Positions 1 to 9,842 of a stretch of 55,030 bases of DNA are shown in pieces. Source of the stretch: Methylococcaceae bacterium UBA2778. GTDB lineage: Bacteria > Pseudomonadota > Gammaproteobacteria > Methylococcales > UBA2778. Under the pieces are notes generated by a model. It had not been told where the DNA came from and ran no database searches. It saw only the letters and a program-made list of their open reading frames with translations. The position numbers were made by a program, and so were the translations under genes. Within the stretch, counting starts at the first letter, position 1, and the number at the start of each line of letters is the position of its first letter. The DNA is taken from NCBI GenBank assembly GCA_002352385.1, contig DEII01000063.1:13575-68604 (forward strand), written 5' to 3'.

Positions 1-504
1 CGCCTCGATCGACACCGTTCCCGTCGCCGCCGCCCAGCCGACCACAGGCGGAAATGCGCCCGCCGCGCCGCCGATCACGATGTTCTGCGGTGTCGCGTGC
101 TTCAGGTAAACGGTGTAAATCACTGCGTAACCGATGAGAGAAAGGAACGTCAGGACGGCCGTCAGCGTATTCACGAAGACAATCAGGACCACCATGGAGA
201 GGGTGCCGAGCACAAGCGCGAAGCCGATGACATTGGCCGATGTCAACTGGCCGGTCGGTAAAGGACGGCCCTTAGTTCTGCCCATCCCGGCATCCGCATT
301 CCGGTCCAGATAGTGGTTGATCGCGGCCGCCGAGGCCGCTGCCAGGCCGATGCCGAGCGTACCGAACAGCAACGGTTGCAACGGAACCATGCCGGGAACC
401 GAAAGGAACATGCCGACGATGGCGGTAAAAACGATCAGCGCAACCACCTTGGGTTTGCACAGTTCCAAATAGTTTCGCCATAACAAGCGTCGGACATTCG
501 GCAT
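1..504 (-). CDS. cyoE: protoheme IX farnesyltransferase (heme O synthase), N-terminal part; C-terminus lies beyond the window edge
   Basis: Hand translation of the minus strand from ATG at 504-502 gives [33 protein letters not shown]...[29 protein letters not shown].... This shows the UbiA-superfamily NxxxDxxxD and RT..RPL motifs. The frame is open to position 1, so it is absent from the ORF track; track ORF 272..481 is another frame. Confidence 0.8.
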   Translation of the reverse strand, partial: MPNVRRLLWRNYLELCKPKVVALIVFTAIVGMFLSVPGMVPLQPLLFGTLGIGLAAASAAAINHYLDRNADAGMGRTKGRPLPTGQLTSANVIGFALVLGTLSMVVLIVFVNTLTAVLTFLSLIGYAVIYTVYLKHATPQNIVIGGAAGAFPPVVGWAAATGTVSIEA

Positions 505-623
505 TGTTTTATCCTGTGTCTGTTTTCAACAGGTTGGTATGGTTCGGGTACAATAGTCAGCGGAATTGTTGAGGCGCTGGCTGGTCTGAATGATTTTATC
601 CGCTCCAACGTACAGAGGGAAAT

Positions 624-2000
624 ATGAGTTTTTTGTTGCGCAGTCTATTGTTTGTTGTGTTGGCTCTGCCGGTGTTGGTTCACTCGGCGGAGCCGCAGGT
701 GCACGAGTTTACACTCGAAAACGGTCTCAAAGTGCTGGTGAAGGAAGACCGCCGGGCGCCGGTCGTTGTGTCGCAAGTCTGGTACAAAGTCGGCTCCAGC
801 TACGAATACGGCGGCATCACCGGTGTTGCCCACCTGCTCGAGCATATGATGTTCAAGGGAACCAAAAAACATCCGCCGGGTGAATTCTCACGCATCATCG
901 CCGCCAACGGCGGCAGCGAAAACGCCTTTACCGGACGCGATTATACCGCATATTTTCAGAGTCTGGAGAAGTCGCGGCTGGCGGTGAGTTTCGAGTTGGA
1001 GGCCGACCGCATGCGCAATCTGCAGCTGCTCGACGAAGAGTTCCAAAAGGAGCGGCAGGTCGTTCTGGAGGAGCGCCGGATGCGTACCGATGACAAACCG
1101 CGGGCCAAAACCTATGAATATTTCAATGCGATGGCGCACACCAACGGCGGCTACAGAAACCCGGTGATCGGCTGGGCGGATGATATCAAGCATTTGACCG
1201 TTGCCGACCTGAACGACTGGTACCAGCGTTATTATGCGCCGAACAATGCCACACTGGTCGTGGTGGGCGATGTGGATCCGAACGAGGTGCTGGCGCTGGC
1301 AAAGAAATATTTTGGACCGTTGCAGCCAAGCAGCTTGAAATCGGTCAAGCCCAGAACCGAAGTCGAGCAGGTGGGGCCGCGGCGTATGACCGTTCGGCTG
1401 CCGGCCAAACAGCCTTTTTTGGTTCTTGGCTATAAAGTGCCGGCGTTGAAAAACGTGCAGGATGAGGTGGAAGCATACGCGTTGGAGGTTCTGGCCGGCA
1501 TACTCGACGGCGGCAACAGCGCCCGGCTGGCCACTCGCCTTGTGCGCGGTCAGCAGATCGCCGTATCCGCCGGTGCCGGCTATGATCTCTATTCGCGCCT
1601 GCCTTCGCTGTTTATCGTGGAAGCGTCACCGGCCCCGGGACAGACGGTCGGTGCGCTGGAGCAGGCGTTGGAAAGAGAAATACGCCTTTTGCAGGAGAAG
1701 GCCGTTTCCCAACAGGAGCTCGACCGGGTCAAGGCCCAGGTGCTGGCCAACGCCATTTATGAGAGGGACTCGGTTTTCTATCAGGCCATGCAGCTCGGCA
1801 CATTGGAAACCGTGGGGCTGGGCTGGAAGCGGATGGATGAGTATGTCGAGCGCATCAATGCGGTGACAGCCGAGCAGGTTCTGGCGGTGGCCAGGAAATA
1901 TCTGATCGACGACAGGCTCTCAGTGGCCGTTCTCGATCCTTTGCCGATGACCAATAAGCAACCGGCGCAAGCACAGCCTGGAGGACGCCATGCACGTTAA
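624..2000 (+). CDS. M16-family (insulinase-like) zinc peptidase, active-site-bearing paralog
   Basis: 458 aa. Signal-like N-terminus MSFLLRSLLFVVLALPVLVHSA. Inverted zincin motif HLLEH (HxxEH) followed by MFKGT. Paired with a second M16 gene. Confidence 0.85.
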   Translation: MSFLLRSLLFVVLALPVLVHSAEPQVHEFTLENGLKVLVKEDRRAPVVVSQVWYKVGSSYEYGGITGVAHLLEHMMFKGTKKHPPGEFSRIIAANGGSENAFTGRDYTAYFQSLEKSRLAVSFELEADRMRNLQLLDEEFQKERQVVLEERRMRTDDKPRAKTYEYFNAMAHTNGGYRNPVIGWADDIKHLTVADLNDWYQRYYAPNNATLVVVGDVDPNEVLALAKKYFGPLQPSSLKSVKPRTEVEQVGPRRMTVRLPAKQPFLVLGYKVPALKNVQDEVEAYALEVLAGILDGGNSARLATRLVRGQQIAVSAGAGYDLYSRLPSLFIVEASPAPGQTVGALEQALEREIRLLQEKAVSQQELDRVKAQVLANAIYERDSVFYQAMQLGTLETVGLGWKRMDEYVERINAVTAEQVLAVARKYLIDDRLSVAVLDPLPMTNKQPAQAQPGGRHAR

Positions 2001-3311
2001 ACGTTTCGCCGGATTCACAGTTTTTTTCCTAATTCTGCTGTCGACCTGTGCCCAGGCCGGGCCGGAAATTCAGCACTGGATCAGTTCGAAGGGCGCCCGG
2101 GTCTATTTCGTTCGCACGCAAGGGCTGCCACTGCTCGATGTGCGCGTGGTCTTCGATGCCGGCAGTGCGCGTGATGGAAAACAGTTTGGTGTGGCGGCGT
2201 TGACATCCACCTTGCTGGACGCCGGTGCGGGGGGGTGGGATGCCGATACCATCGCACGCCGTGTCGAAGGTGTCGGCGCCTTGCTGAGCACCGGTGTCTC
2301 GCGCGATTCGGCGTGGCTGGCGCTGCGCAGCCTGACCGATTCGCGCAAACTCACTCTTGCACTGGATACAGCCAACGCAATCCTGCGTGCGCCGACCTTC
2401 GAACAGAAGGATTTCGACCGCAAGAAAAAGCAGATGCTGGTGGCCTTGCAGCGTCGGGAGGAGTCGCCCGGCGCGCTGGCGAACGTTGCCTATTTCAAGG
2501 CCCTGTATGGCGACCATCCCTATGCCCATCCGGTCAATGGCTTCACCGACAGCGTGAAGCCGCTCTCCCGCGACCATGTGATGAGCTTCTACCGTCGCTA
2601 TTATGTCGCGAACAATGCAGTCGTCGTAATCGTCGGCGATGTCGATCGCGGTCAGGCGGAAGCCATTGCGGGGACGCTGCTCCGGGATCTTCCCGAAGGG
2701 GAGCGGGCACCGGCGCTGCCGGCGGTCGTCGTCGCCCCCGCCGGAAAAACCGAGCGCATCCAGTTCGCTTCCGAGCAGACCCACGTTTTGTCGGGAATGC
2801 CGGTCGTGCGGCGCGGCGATCCCGATTATGTTCCGCTGTATGTCGGCAATCATATCCTCGGAGGCAGCGGGCTGGTCTCCAAAATAACCGAAGAGGTACG
2901 GGAAAAACGCGGTCTCTCCTACAGCGCCTACAGTTATCTCGTGCCGATGGCCCGCAAAGGCCCCTTCACCATGGGGCTGCAGACACGCAACGATCAAACC
3001 GATCAAGCGCTCGAGGTGATGTTGCAGACGCTCAACGATTTCATCGCGCAGGGCCCAACCGACAAAGATCTGGGCGATGCAAAGAAAAACATCACCGGCG
3101 GATTTGTTCTGCGGATCGACAGCAACAAGAAACTGGTCGAATACGTCGCGATGATCGGCTTTTATGAGCTGCCGCTGGACTATCTGGATCGGTTTCCCGA
3201 GCAGGTCGAGGCCGTCAGCCGGGAGGCTGTCGCGGATGCGTTCAAACGCCGCATCCATCCTGATCGATTCCAAACAGTGCTGGTCGGCGGCGGGGCGAAA
3301 CCGGGTGGAGA

Positions 3312-3315
<4 letters not shown>
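1990..3315 (+). CDS. M16-family peptidase-like protein, HxxEH-less partner subunit
   Basis: 441 aa with a signal-like N-terminus. M16 fold-like sequence, but ALTSTLLDAG sits where HxxEH would be. Overlaps the upstream M16 gene by 11 nt. Confidence 0.8.
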
Positions 3316-4652
<1,337 letters not shown>

Positions 4653-4670
4653 GCCTGGCGGAAAAAAGGG

Positions 4671-4949
4671 ATGAATCGACGCGTGCATGTTTTTGTCTCC
4701 GGCCGTGTTCAGGGCGTCTTTTTTCGATCGTCGACAAAGGACCAGGCGCAGCGTCTCGGATTGACGGGATTCGTCAGAAATTGCCCGGATGGACGGGTCG
4801 AAATTTTGGCGGAAGGCCCTTCCGAAGCGATCGAGGATCTAATCGAATGGTGCCGCGTGGGGCCGCCCGGAGCCCGTGTGGAGAGTGTGCATGCCGGCGA
4901 TGAGCGCTGTTTGAACGAATTCGACGCATTCACGGTGCAGGCGTTTTAA
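4671..4949 (+). CDS. acylphosphatase
   Basis: 92 aa. VSGRVQGVFFRSST...GFVRNCPDGRVEILAEG is the acylphosphatase signature. Confidence 0.85.
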   Translation: MNRRVHVFVSGRVQGVFFRSSTKDQAQRLGLTGFVRNCPDGRVEILAEGPSEAIEDLIEWCRVGPPGARVESVHAGDERCLNEFDAFTVQAF

Positions 4950-5131
4950 ACGTAGCGGGGTGCGCACGGGTGGGGTCACGGATGGGGTCAGGTCTTGTTA
5001 TAGTGTAAAATATGCTAAACTTCAGCTATCTAAAAAGATAGCGCAGCCTCTGAGAAATGAACCAGCAAGCGGTTTATATCATGTCACGGCGCGCGGTGAC
5101 CATACAGATGGATCAAAAAAGTTTGCAATCT

Positions 5132-5149
5132 AATACGACCGGTCACATA
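5132..5149. promoter_or_regulatory. candidate TetR operator, copy 1 (AATACGACCGGTCACATA)
   Basis: A 14-nt core AATACGACCGGTCA is identical to the copy at 5773. It is centred on the ACCGGT palindrome and lies 11 nt upstream of the tetR ATG. Confidence 0.5.
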
Positions 5150-5159
5150 CTATTGCGTC

Positions 5160-5756
5160 ATGGCACAGACGAACCATAGATCGGCGAACCGGGAGAGGCT
5201 GCTCGACCAAGGTGTCATGATGCTGATGGAGCAGGGGTATCATGGGACAGGGATCAAGGAGGTGTTGGATGCGGTACGTATTCCCAAGGGTTCGTTCTAC
5301 AACTATTTCGGTAGCAAGGAGCAGTTCGGCGCCGAGGTGATCGCTCATTATATCGAGCCGTTCATTCAGCAGGTGAATGAACATCTCAGCGGGCCCGGCG
5401 TGGATGCCTTGTCCGCGCTGCGGCGCTATTTCGATGCTCTGATCAGCGAACTCGAAGCGAAGTCGTTTCGGGGCGGCTGTCTTTTGGGAAATCTGATGGG
5501 CGAAATCGGTGATACCAGCGAGGTGTGTCGTCAGGCATTGGCACGCTCGGTCAGACGTTACCGCGATTCTTTGAAAAAGGGGCTCAGCCGTGCGCAGCAG
5601 GAGGGTACCGTTCGGACGGATTTGCCGGCCGAGGAGATGGCCGATTTTCTGGTCGATGCCTGGCAGGGTGCGTTGCTGAGAATGAAGATCGAGCAGTCCG
5701 TGCGTCCGCTCGAGCGTTGTTGCGACCATCTGTTGGGCGCCTATTTTAAAGTGTAG
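5160..5756 (+). CDS. TetR/AcrR-family transcriptional regulator
   Basis: 198 aa. N-terminal HTH GYHGTGIKEVLDAVRIPKGSFYNYFGSKEQF is typical of TetR_N. Confidence 0.85.
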   Translation: MAQTNHRSANRERLLDQGVMMLMEQGYHGTGIKEVLDAVRIPKGSFYNYFGSKEQFGAEVIAHYIEPFIQQVNEHLSGPGVDALSALRRYFDALISELEAKSFRGGCLLGNLMGEIGDTSEVCRQALARSVRRYRDSLKKGLSRAQQEGTVRTDLPAEEMADFLVDAWQGALLRMKIEQSVRPLERCCDHLLGAYFKV

Positions 5757-5772
5757 GTTTTTGCTTACATAA

Positions 5773-5790
5773 AATACGACCGGTCATATT
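5773..5790. promoter_or_regulatory. candidate TetR operator, copy 2 (AATACGACCGGTCATATT; 16/18 self-complementary)
   Basis: Same 14-nt core as 5132-5145. Lies 35 nt upstream of the ATG at 5825, which opens the mtoX cluster. Confidence 0.5.
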
Positions 5791-5824
5791 GTCGGCTGGT
5801 CGGACAAACCGGAGGACAAGAATC

Positions 5825-6010
5825 ATGCAAGTCAAATGGGATAAAACAATCTGTCAACATGCCGGCGTCTGTGTCGGTTCGCTGCCACAGGTGTTTACGG
5901 TCAAAGAGGGTGCGCTCGCGATCGATACCGGCAAAGCCGAGCCGGAGGCGATCCGGCGTGTTGTCGAGCAATGCCCGTCCGGTGCCTTGACGATTCGGGA
6001 ATCGGAATAA
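5825..6010 (+). CDS. small divergent 4Fe-4S mono-cluster (Fer4_19-like) protein
   Basis: 61 aa. MQVKWDKTICQHAGVCVGSLPQVF...VEQCPSGALTI shows a C.H.G.C...CPSGAL pattern. GGAGG lies upstream of the ATG at 5825 (internal start of track ORF 5789..6010). Confidence 0.6.
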   Translation: MQVKWDKTICQHAGVCVGSLPQVFTVKEGALAIDTGKAEPEAIRRVVEQCPSGALTIRESE

Positions 6011-6039
6011 GAATTCAATAATAACGAAGAGGTTATGCC

Positions 6040-7410
6040 ATGAAAAAAGAGATCGGTCGCTGTGCTGCGGAAATCAGAACTGCACTGTTGAGCGCCGTTG
6101 CCACACTCATGCTGTCGACCGCTGCAATGGCGGACGAAACCTGCATGTCGCCCTATATGGCGAAAATCGTCGGCCAGGAAGACTATGTCTATGTCTGGAC
6201 ACTGGGCATGGAAGGGGTCGGCGATGAGCAGGACAAACTGGTGACCGTCGATGTCAATCCGCAATCCAAAAGCTACGGTAAGGTGGCCAACACCCTTTCG
6301 ATCGGCGGGCGCAACGAGGCGCATCACTCCGGATTGACCGATGACCGCCGCTATCTGTGGGCGGGGGGGCTCGATACCAGCAAGATTTTCATCTTCGACG
6401 TGCACAGCGACCCGGGCAAGCCGGTTCTGCACAAGGTGATCACCGATTTCGTCGCCAAGAGCGGCGGTGTGGTCGGTCCGCATACGATGTATGCGCTGCC
6501 CGGGCGGATGATGATTACCGGGCTTTCCAACAACAAGGATCACGGCGGCCGAACCGCGCTGGTCGAATACAGCAATGAGGGGGAGTATATCGCCACCCAT
6601 TGGATGCCGACCGATGACAATCTGCATGGCGCGGTCAAGACTGGCGAGTTTGTCGACGGCTACGGTTACGATGTGCGGGCGCTGCCGCGCCGGAATGTGA
6701 TGCTGACCTCGTCGTTCACCGGCTGGAACAACTACATGATGGATTTCGGCAAGATGCTGAAGGACCCGGAGGCGATGAAACGGTTCGGCAACACGGTGGT
6801 TGTCTGGAATCTGCATACGCGCAAGCCGAAAAAGGTCTTCGACGTGCCGGGCGCACCGCTTGAAATCCGCTGTGCCTGGGGTGCCGATCACAATTACTGC
6901 TTTACCACGACGGCGTTGACCTCCAAGATCTGGCTGATCTACGAAGATGATGCGGGTGAGTGGCAGGCCAAGGCGGTGGCCGACATCGGTGACCCCTCCA
7001 AGATTCCGCTGCCGGTCGATATTTCGATTCAAAGCGACGACAACCTGCTGTGGGTCGACACCTTCATGGACGGCAAGACACGCGCGTTCGATATTTCCGA
7101 CCCGTTCAAGCCGGTGCAGGTCTATGAAAAGAAAATCGGCGCTCAAGTCAACATGGCTTCGTCGAGTTGGGACGGAAAGCGAATCTATTACACCTCGTCC
7201 CTGCTTGCCAACTGGGACAAGAAGGGCGTCGACAACGAGCAGTTTTTGAAGCTTTACCATTGGGACGGCAAGGCGCTCAAGGAGGCGTTCGCCATCGACT
7301 TCATCAAGGAGAAGCTGGGGAGGCCTCATCAGATGCGGTTCGGAGCACGTTCGCTTTATACGAAGCGCACGACGGAGGCTGCCGCTGGGCGTCTGGCGCT
7401 GTTGCGGTAA
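6040..7410 (+). CDS. mtoX: selenium-binding-protein (SBP56) family protein, probable methanethiol oxidase MtoX
   Basis: 456 aa with a signal-like N-terminus. SBP56-like sequence along the full length (...EAHHSGLTDDRRYLWAGGLDTSKIFIFDV...GPHTMYALPGR...YGYDVR...). Followed by a SCO1/MauG gene, as in described mtoX loci. Confidence 0.8.
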   Translation: MKKEIGRCAAEIRTALLSAVATLMLSTAAMADETCMSPYMAKIVGQEDYVYVWTLGMEGVGDEQDKLVTVDVNPQSKSYGKVANTLSIGGRNEAHHSGLTDDRRYLWAGGLDTSKIFIFDVHSDPGKPVLHKVITDFVAKSGGVVGPHTMYALPGRMMITGLSNNKDHGGRTALVEYSNEGEYIATHWMPTDDNLHGAVKTGEFVDGYGYDVRALPRRNVMLTSSFTGWNNYMMDFGKMLKDPEAMKRFGNTVVVWNLHTRKPKKVFDVPGAPLEIRCAWGADHNYCFTTTALTSKIWLIYEDDAGEWQAKAVADIGDPSKIPLPVDISIQSDDNLLWVDTFMDGKTRAFDISDPFKPVQVYEKKIGAQVNMASSSWDGKRIYYTSSLLANWDKKGVDNEQFLKLYHWDGKALKEAFAIDFIKEKLGRPHQMRFGARSLYTKRTTEAAAGRLALLR

Positions 7411-7458
7411 CCAGTCGTCGAACATGAGGAAAACCGGGCCGGGCGTGGTACGTCGCTC

Positions 7459-9375
7459 ATGAAGAGTATTCGCCTGATTGTGGTGTTAGGCGCTGCTGCG
7501 TTGGCGGCGGTGCTCGGCGGCCGGCTTTTGACTGCCGGGGAGAAAAGCGAGGGTCGGGCTAGCGGCGCTCAGATCCTTCCGCCGGGCTACGGAGCGCTGC
7601 AATTCACCGCACCCGAGCCAGGCAGCTACTCGCTGCCGCCGATGGGCATGGCGGTGGATGGCGAGGTGCTGGACAGCAGCGGTCGGTCGCTGCGTCTTTT
7701 CGATCTGTTCGAGGGGAAGATCGTCTTGCTCAGCTTCATCTATTCGACCTGCACCGATGTCGGCGGCTGTCCGCTGGCGACGGCCGTGCTGCACAAGGTG
7801 CAGCGACGTTTGTGCGACGAGCCGTCGCTGCGCGACCGGCTGCGGCTGGTGACGATCAGTTTCAATCCGGCGCATGACACCCCCGAGATCATGCGTGCAT
7901 ACGGCGCCGGGTTTCAAGGCGCCGGTGTCGACTGGCGCTTTTTGACCACAGCCTCCGAACAGGTGCTGCAGCCCATTCTGGATGGCTACAATCAGAGCGT
8001 ACAGAAGGAGGTGAACGTCGAAGGGGCATCGACCGGCGCCTTTTCCCACATTCTTCGGGTTTTTCTGATCGACCGTCAGAAAAGAATCCGCAACGTCTAC
8101 AGCGTCTCCTTTCTGCATCCCGATACACTGATTAACGATGTCAAGACGCTGCTGTTGGAAGAGGCGGCCGAATCGCCCACCGCTTCCGCTGCGAGGGGGA
8201 TGGAAGCAGGAGAGAGCAGAGAAGCTGCCGTTGCCGCGTCAGCCTATGTGACCGACACTACCGCATTGGCCACGCGGTCCGGGAAGGCGGCCGATCTGTT
8301 GCAATGGATCGACCAACCGCCGCTGGGTCTTCCGCCTCTACCGGTGCCAGACGAAAATCCGGTCAGCCGGGAAAAAATCGCTCTGGGGCGTCGACTGTTC
8401 TATGATAGGCGGCTCTCCTTGAACGATACGGTATCCTGCGCCATGTGCCATGTTCCGGAGCAGGGGTTTACCAGCAACGAGCTGGCGACATCGGTGGGCA
8501 TCGAAGGGCGGACCGTCAGGCGCAACGCACCCACGATCTACAACACCGCCTATTTGACGCGGCTGTTCCACGACGGCCGTGAATATTCCCTGGAGCAGCA
8601 GGTCTGGGGGCCGTTGTTGGCGCGCAATGAAATGGGCAACCCATCGGTCGGTTATGTGGTGGAGAAGATCAAGCGGCTTCCCGATTATAAGGGGTTGTTC
8701 GAGCAGGCGTTCGGTCGGGGTCCGACCATGGAGACCATCGGCATGGCGATCGCCAACTACGAACGCGCGCTGAATTCGGCCAATTCACCGTTCGACCGCT
8801 GGTATTATGGTCATCAGGCCGATGCGCTCACCGATAAGGCTCAGCGCGGGTTTCAGCTTTTTACCGGCAAGGCCGGCTGTGTCGCCTGCCATGCCGTGGG
8901 ATCGGAATCGGCCCTGTTGATGGACAACGGACTGCACAACACCGGCATCGGTTACCGGGCATCCATGTTCAAGGAGCCGGAGACGCGAACCATCGAGGTG
9001 GCGCCCGGGCTCTCTCTCGAGGTCGATGCGGCTGCCGTCGAGGCGGTCTCCGAACATGCGCCCAACGATCTGGGACTTTATGAGATCACGCAGGACCCGA
9101 GCGACCGCTGGAAATACCGAACCCCGTCGCTGCGCAACGTCGCGCTAACAGCGCCCTATATGCACGACGGCTCCCTGGCGACTCTCGAGGAGGTCGTGCA
9201 GTTTTACAACCAGGGCGGGGAGCCCAATGAGAACCTGGACGCACGGATCAAACCGCTGGGGCTGACCGCAGCGGAAGTCGACGATCTCGTTGCCTTTTTA
9301 AACGCACTGACCGGTGATAATGTCGGTGAACTGGTGGCCGATGCGCTTGCCGCACCGGTCGGTGATCCGAATTAA
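7459..9375 (+). CDS. fusion protein: N-terminal SCO1/SenC-like thioredoxin-fold domain + C-terminal MauG/di-haem cytochrome c peroxidase domain
   Basis: 638 aa. N-terminal half has FIYSTCTDVGGCPLATAVL and a downstream FSHILRVFLID, which is SCO-like. An Ala/Glu-rich linker follows. C-terminal half has two haem c motifs, CAMCH and CVACH, plus PSLRNVALTAPYMHDG. Confidence 0.85.
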   Translation: MKSIRLIVVLGAAALAAVLGGRLLTAGEKSEGRASGAQILPPGYGALQFTAPEPGSYSLPPMGMAVDGEVLDSSGRSLRLFDLFEGKIVLLSFIYSTCTDVGGCPLATAVLHKVQRRLCDEPSLRDRLRLVTISFNPAHDTPEIMRAYGAGFQGAGVDWRFLTTASEQVLQPILDGYNQSVQKEVNVEGASTGAFSHILRVFLIDRQKRIRNVYSVSFLHPDTLINDVKTLLLEEAAESPTASAARGMEAGESREAAVAASAYVTDTTALATRSGKAADLLQWIDQPPLGLPPLPVPDENPVSREKIALGRRLFYDRRLSLNDTVSCAMCHVPEQGFTSNELATSVGIEGRTVRRNAPTIYNTAYLTRLFHDGREYSLEQQVWGPLLARNEMGNPSVGYVVEKIKRLPDYKGLFEQAFGRGPTMETIGMAIANYERALNSANSPFDRWYYGHQADALTDKAQRGFQLFTGKAGCVACHAVGSESALLMDNGLHNTGIGYRASMFKEPETRTIEVAPGLSLEVDAAAVEAVSEHAPNDLGLYEITQDPSDRWKYRTPSLRNVALTAPYMHDGSLATLEEVVQFYNQGGEPNENLDARIKPLGLTAAEVDDLVAFLNALTGDNVGELVADALAAPVGDPN

Positions 9376-9427
9376 CACCACAGTGCACTTCGTCATAATA
9401 TTGACAATCAACAAGAGGAGAAAAGCA

Positions 9428-9706
9428 ATGCCGAAATATGTGATCGAACGCGAAATACCCAACGCCGGGGCGCTGAGGCCGGATGAATTGCAGGGCATCT
9501 CGCAAAAGTCTTGTTCCGTGCTGCAGTCGCTCGGGCCGCAAATCCAGTGGGTGCAGAGCTATGTGACCGACGACAAGATCTACTGCGTCTACATCGCGCC
9601 CAACAAGGAGATGATCGAAGAACATGCCAAACAGGGCGGCTTTCCTGCGAACTGCATTTCCGAAGTGAAATCGGTGATTGATCCGACGACAGCCGAAGCC
9701 TGTTAG
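9428..9706 (+). CDS. DUF4242-family small protein
   Basis: 92 aa. MPKYVIEREIPNAGALRPDELQGISQKSCSVLQSLGPQIQWVQSYVTDDKIYCVYIAP... AGAGGAG RBS before the ATG at 9428 (internal to track ORF 9314..9706). Confidence 0.65.
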   Translation: MPKYVIEREIPNAGALRPDELQGISQKSCSVLQSLGPQIQWVQSYVTDDKIYCVYIAPNKEMIEEHAKQGGFPANCISEVKSVIDPTTAEAC

Positions 9707-9752
9707 GAGTACACGCTGATGGATTAAGGTGGAGTGCTCCTTCGCCCTCCGG

Positions 9753-9833
9753 GAGAAGGTTGGGTGAGGGGATCTAAACGGCTGAGTCCTTTTGTTTATT
9801 GCCCCTCACCCAACCCTCTCCCGCTGGAGAGGG
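9753..9833. repeat. REP-like extragenic palindrome between convergent genes
   Basis: GAGAAGGTTGGGTGAGGGG (9753-9771) pairs with CCCCTCACCCAACCCTCTC (9802-9820) at 18/19. A nested hairpin CCCTCTC-CCGCTG-GAGAGGG lies at 9814-9833. Confidence 0.7.
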
Positions 9834-9842
9834 CTCATGTGA

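Noticed and set aside
272-481. 69-aa minus-strand ORF at the window start.
   Set aside because: It is out of frame with the clearly recognisable CyoE/heme O synthase reading frame covering 1..504 on the same strand.
5854-7425. 523-aa minus-strand ORF antisense to mtoX. Similar long antisense or shadow ORFs occur at 2029..3273(-), 24925..26001(+), 33895..34953(+), 37964..39004(-), 40622..41977(-), 44357..45319(-), 15323..16252(-) and elsewhere.
   Set aside because: Each lies opposite a gene with clear family motifs. Their translations are Arg/Gly/Pro/His-rich low-complexity strings with no motifs. This is typical of stop-poor antisense frames in DNA of 57-60% GC.
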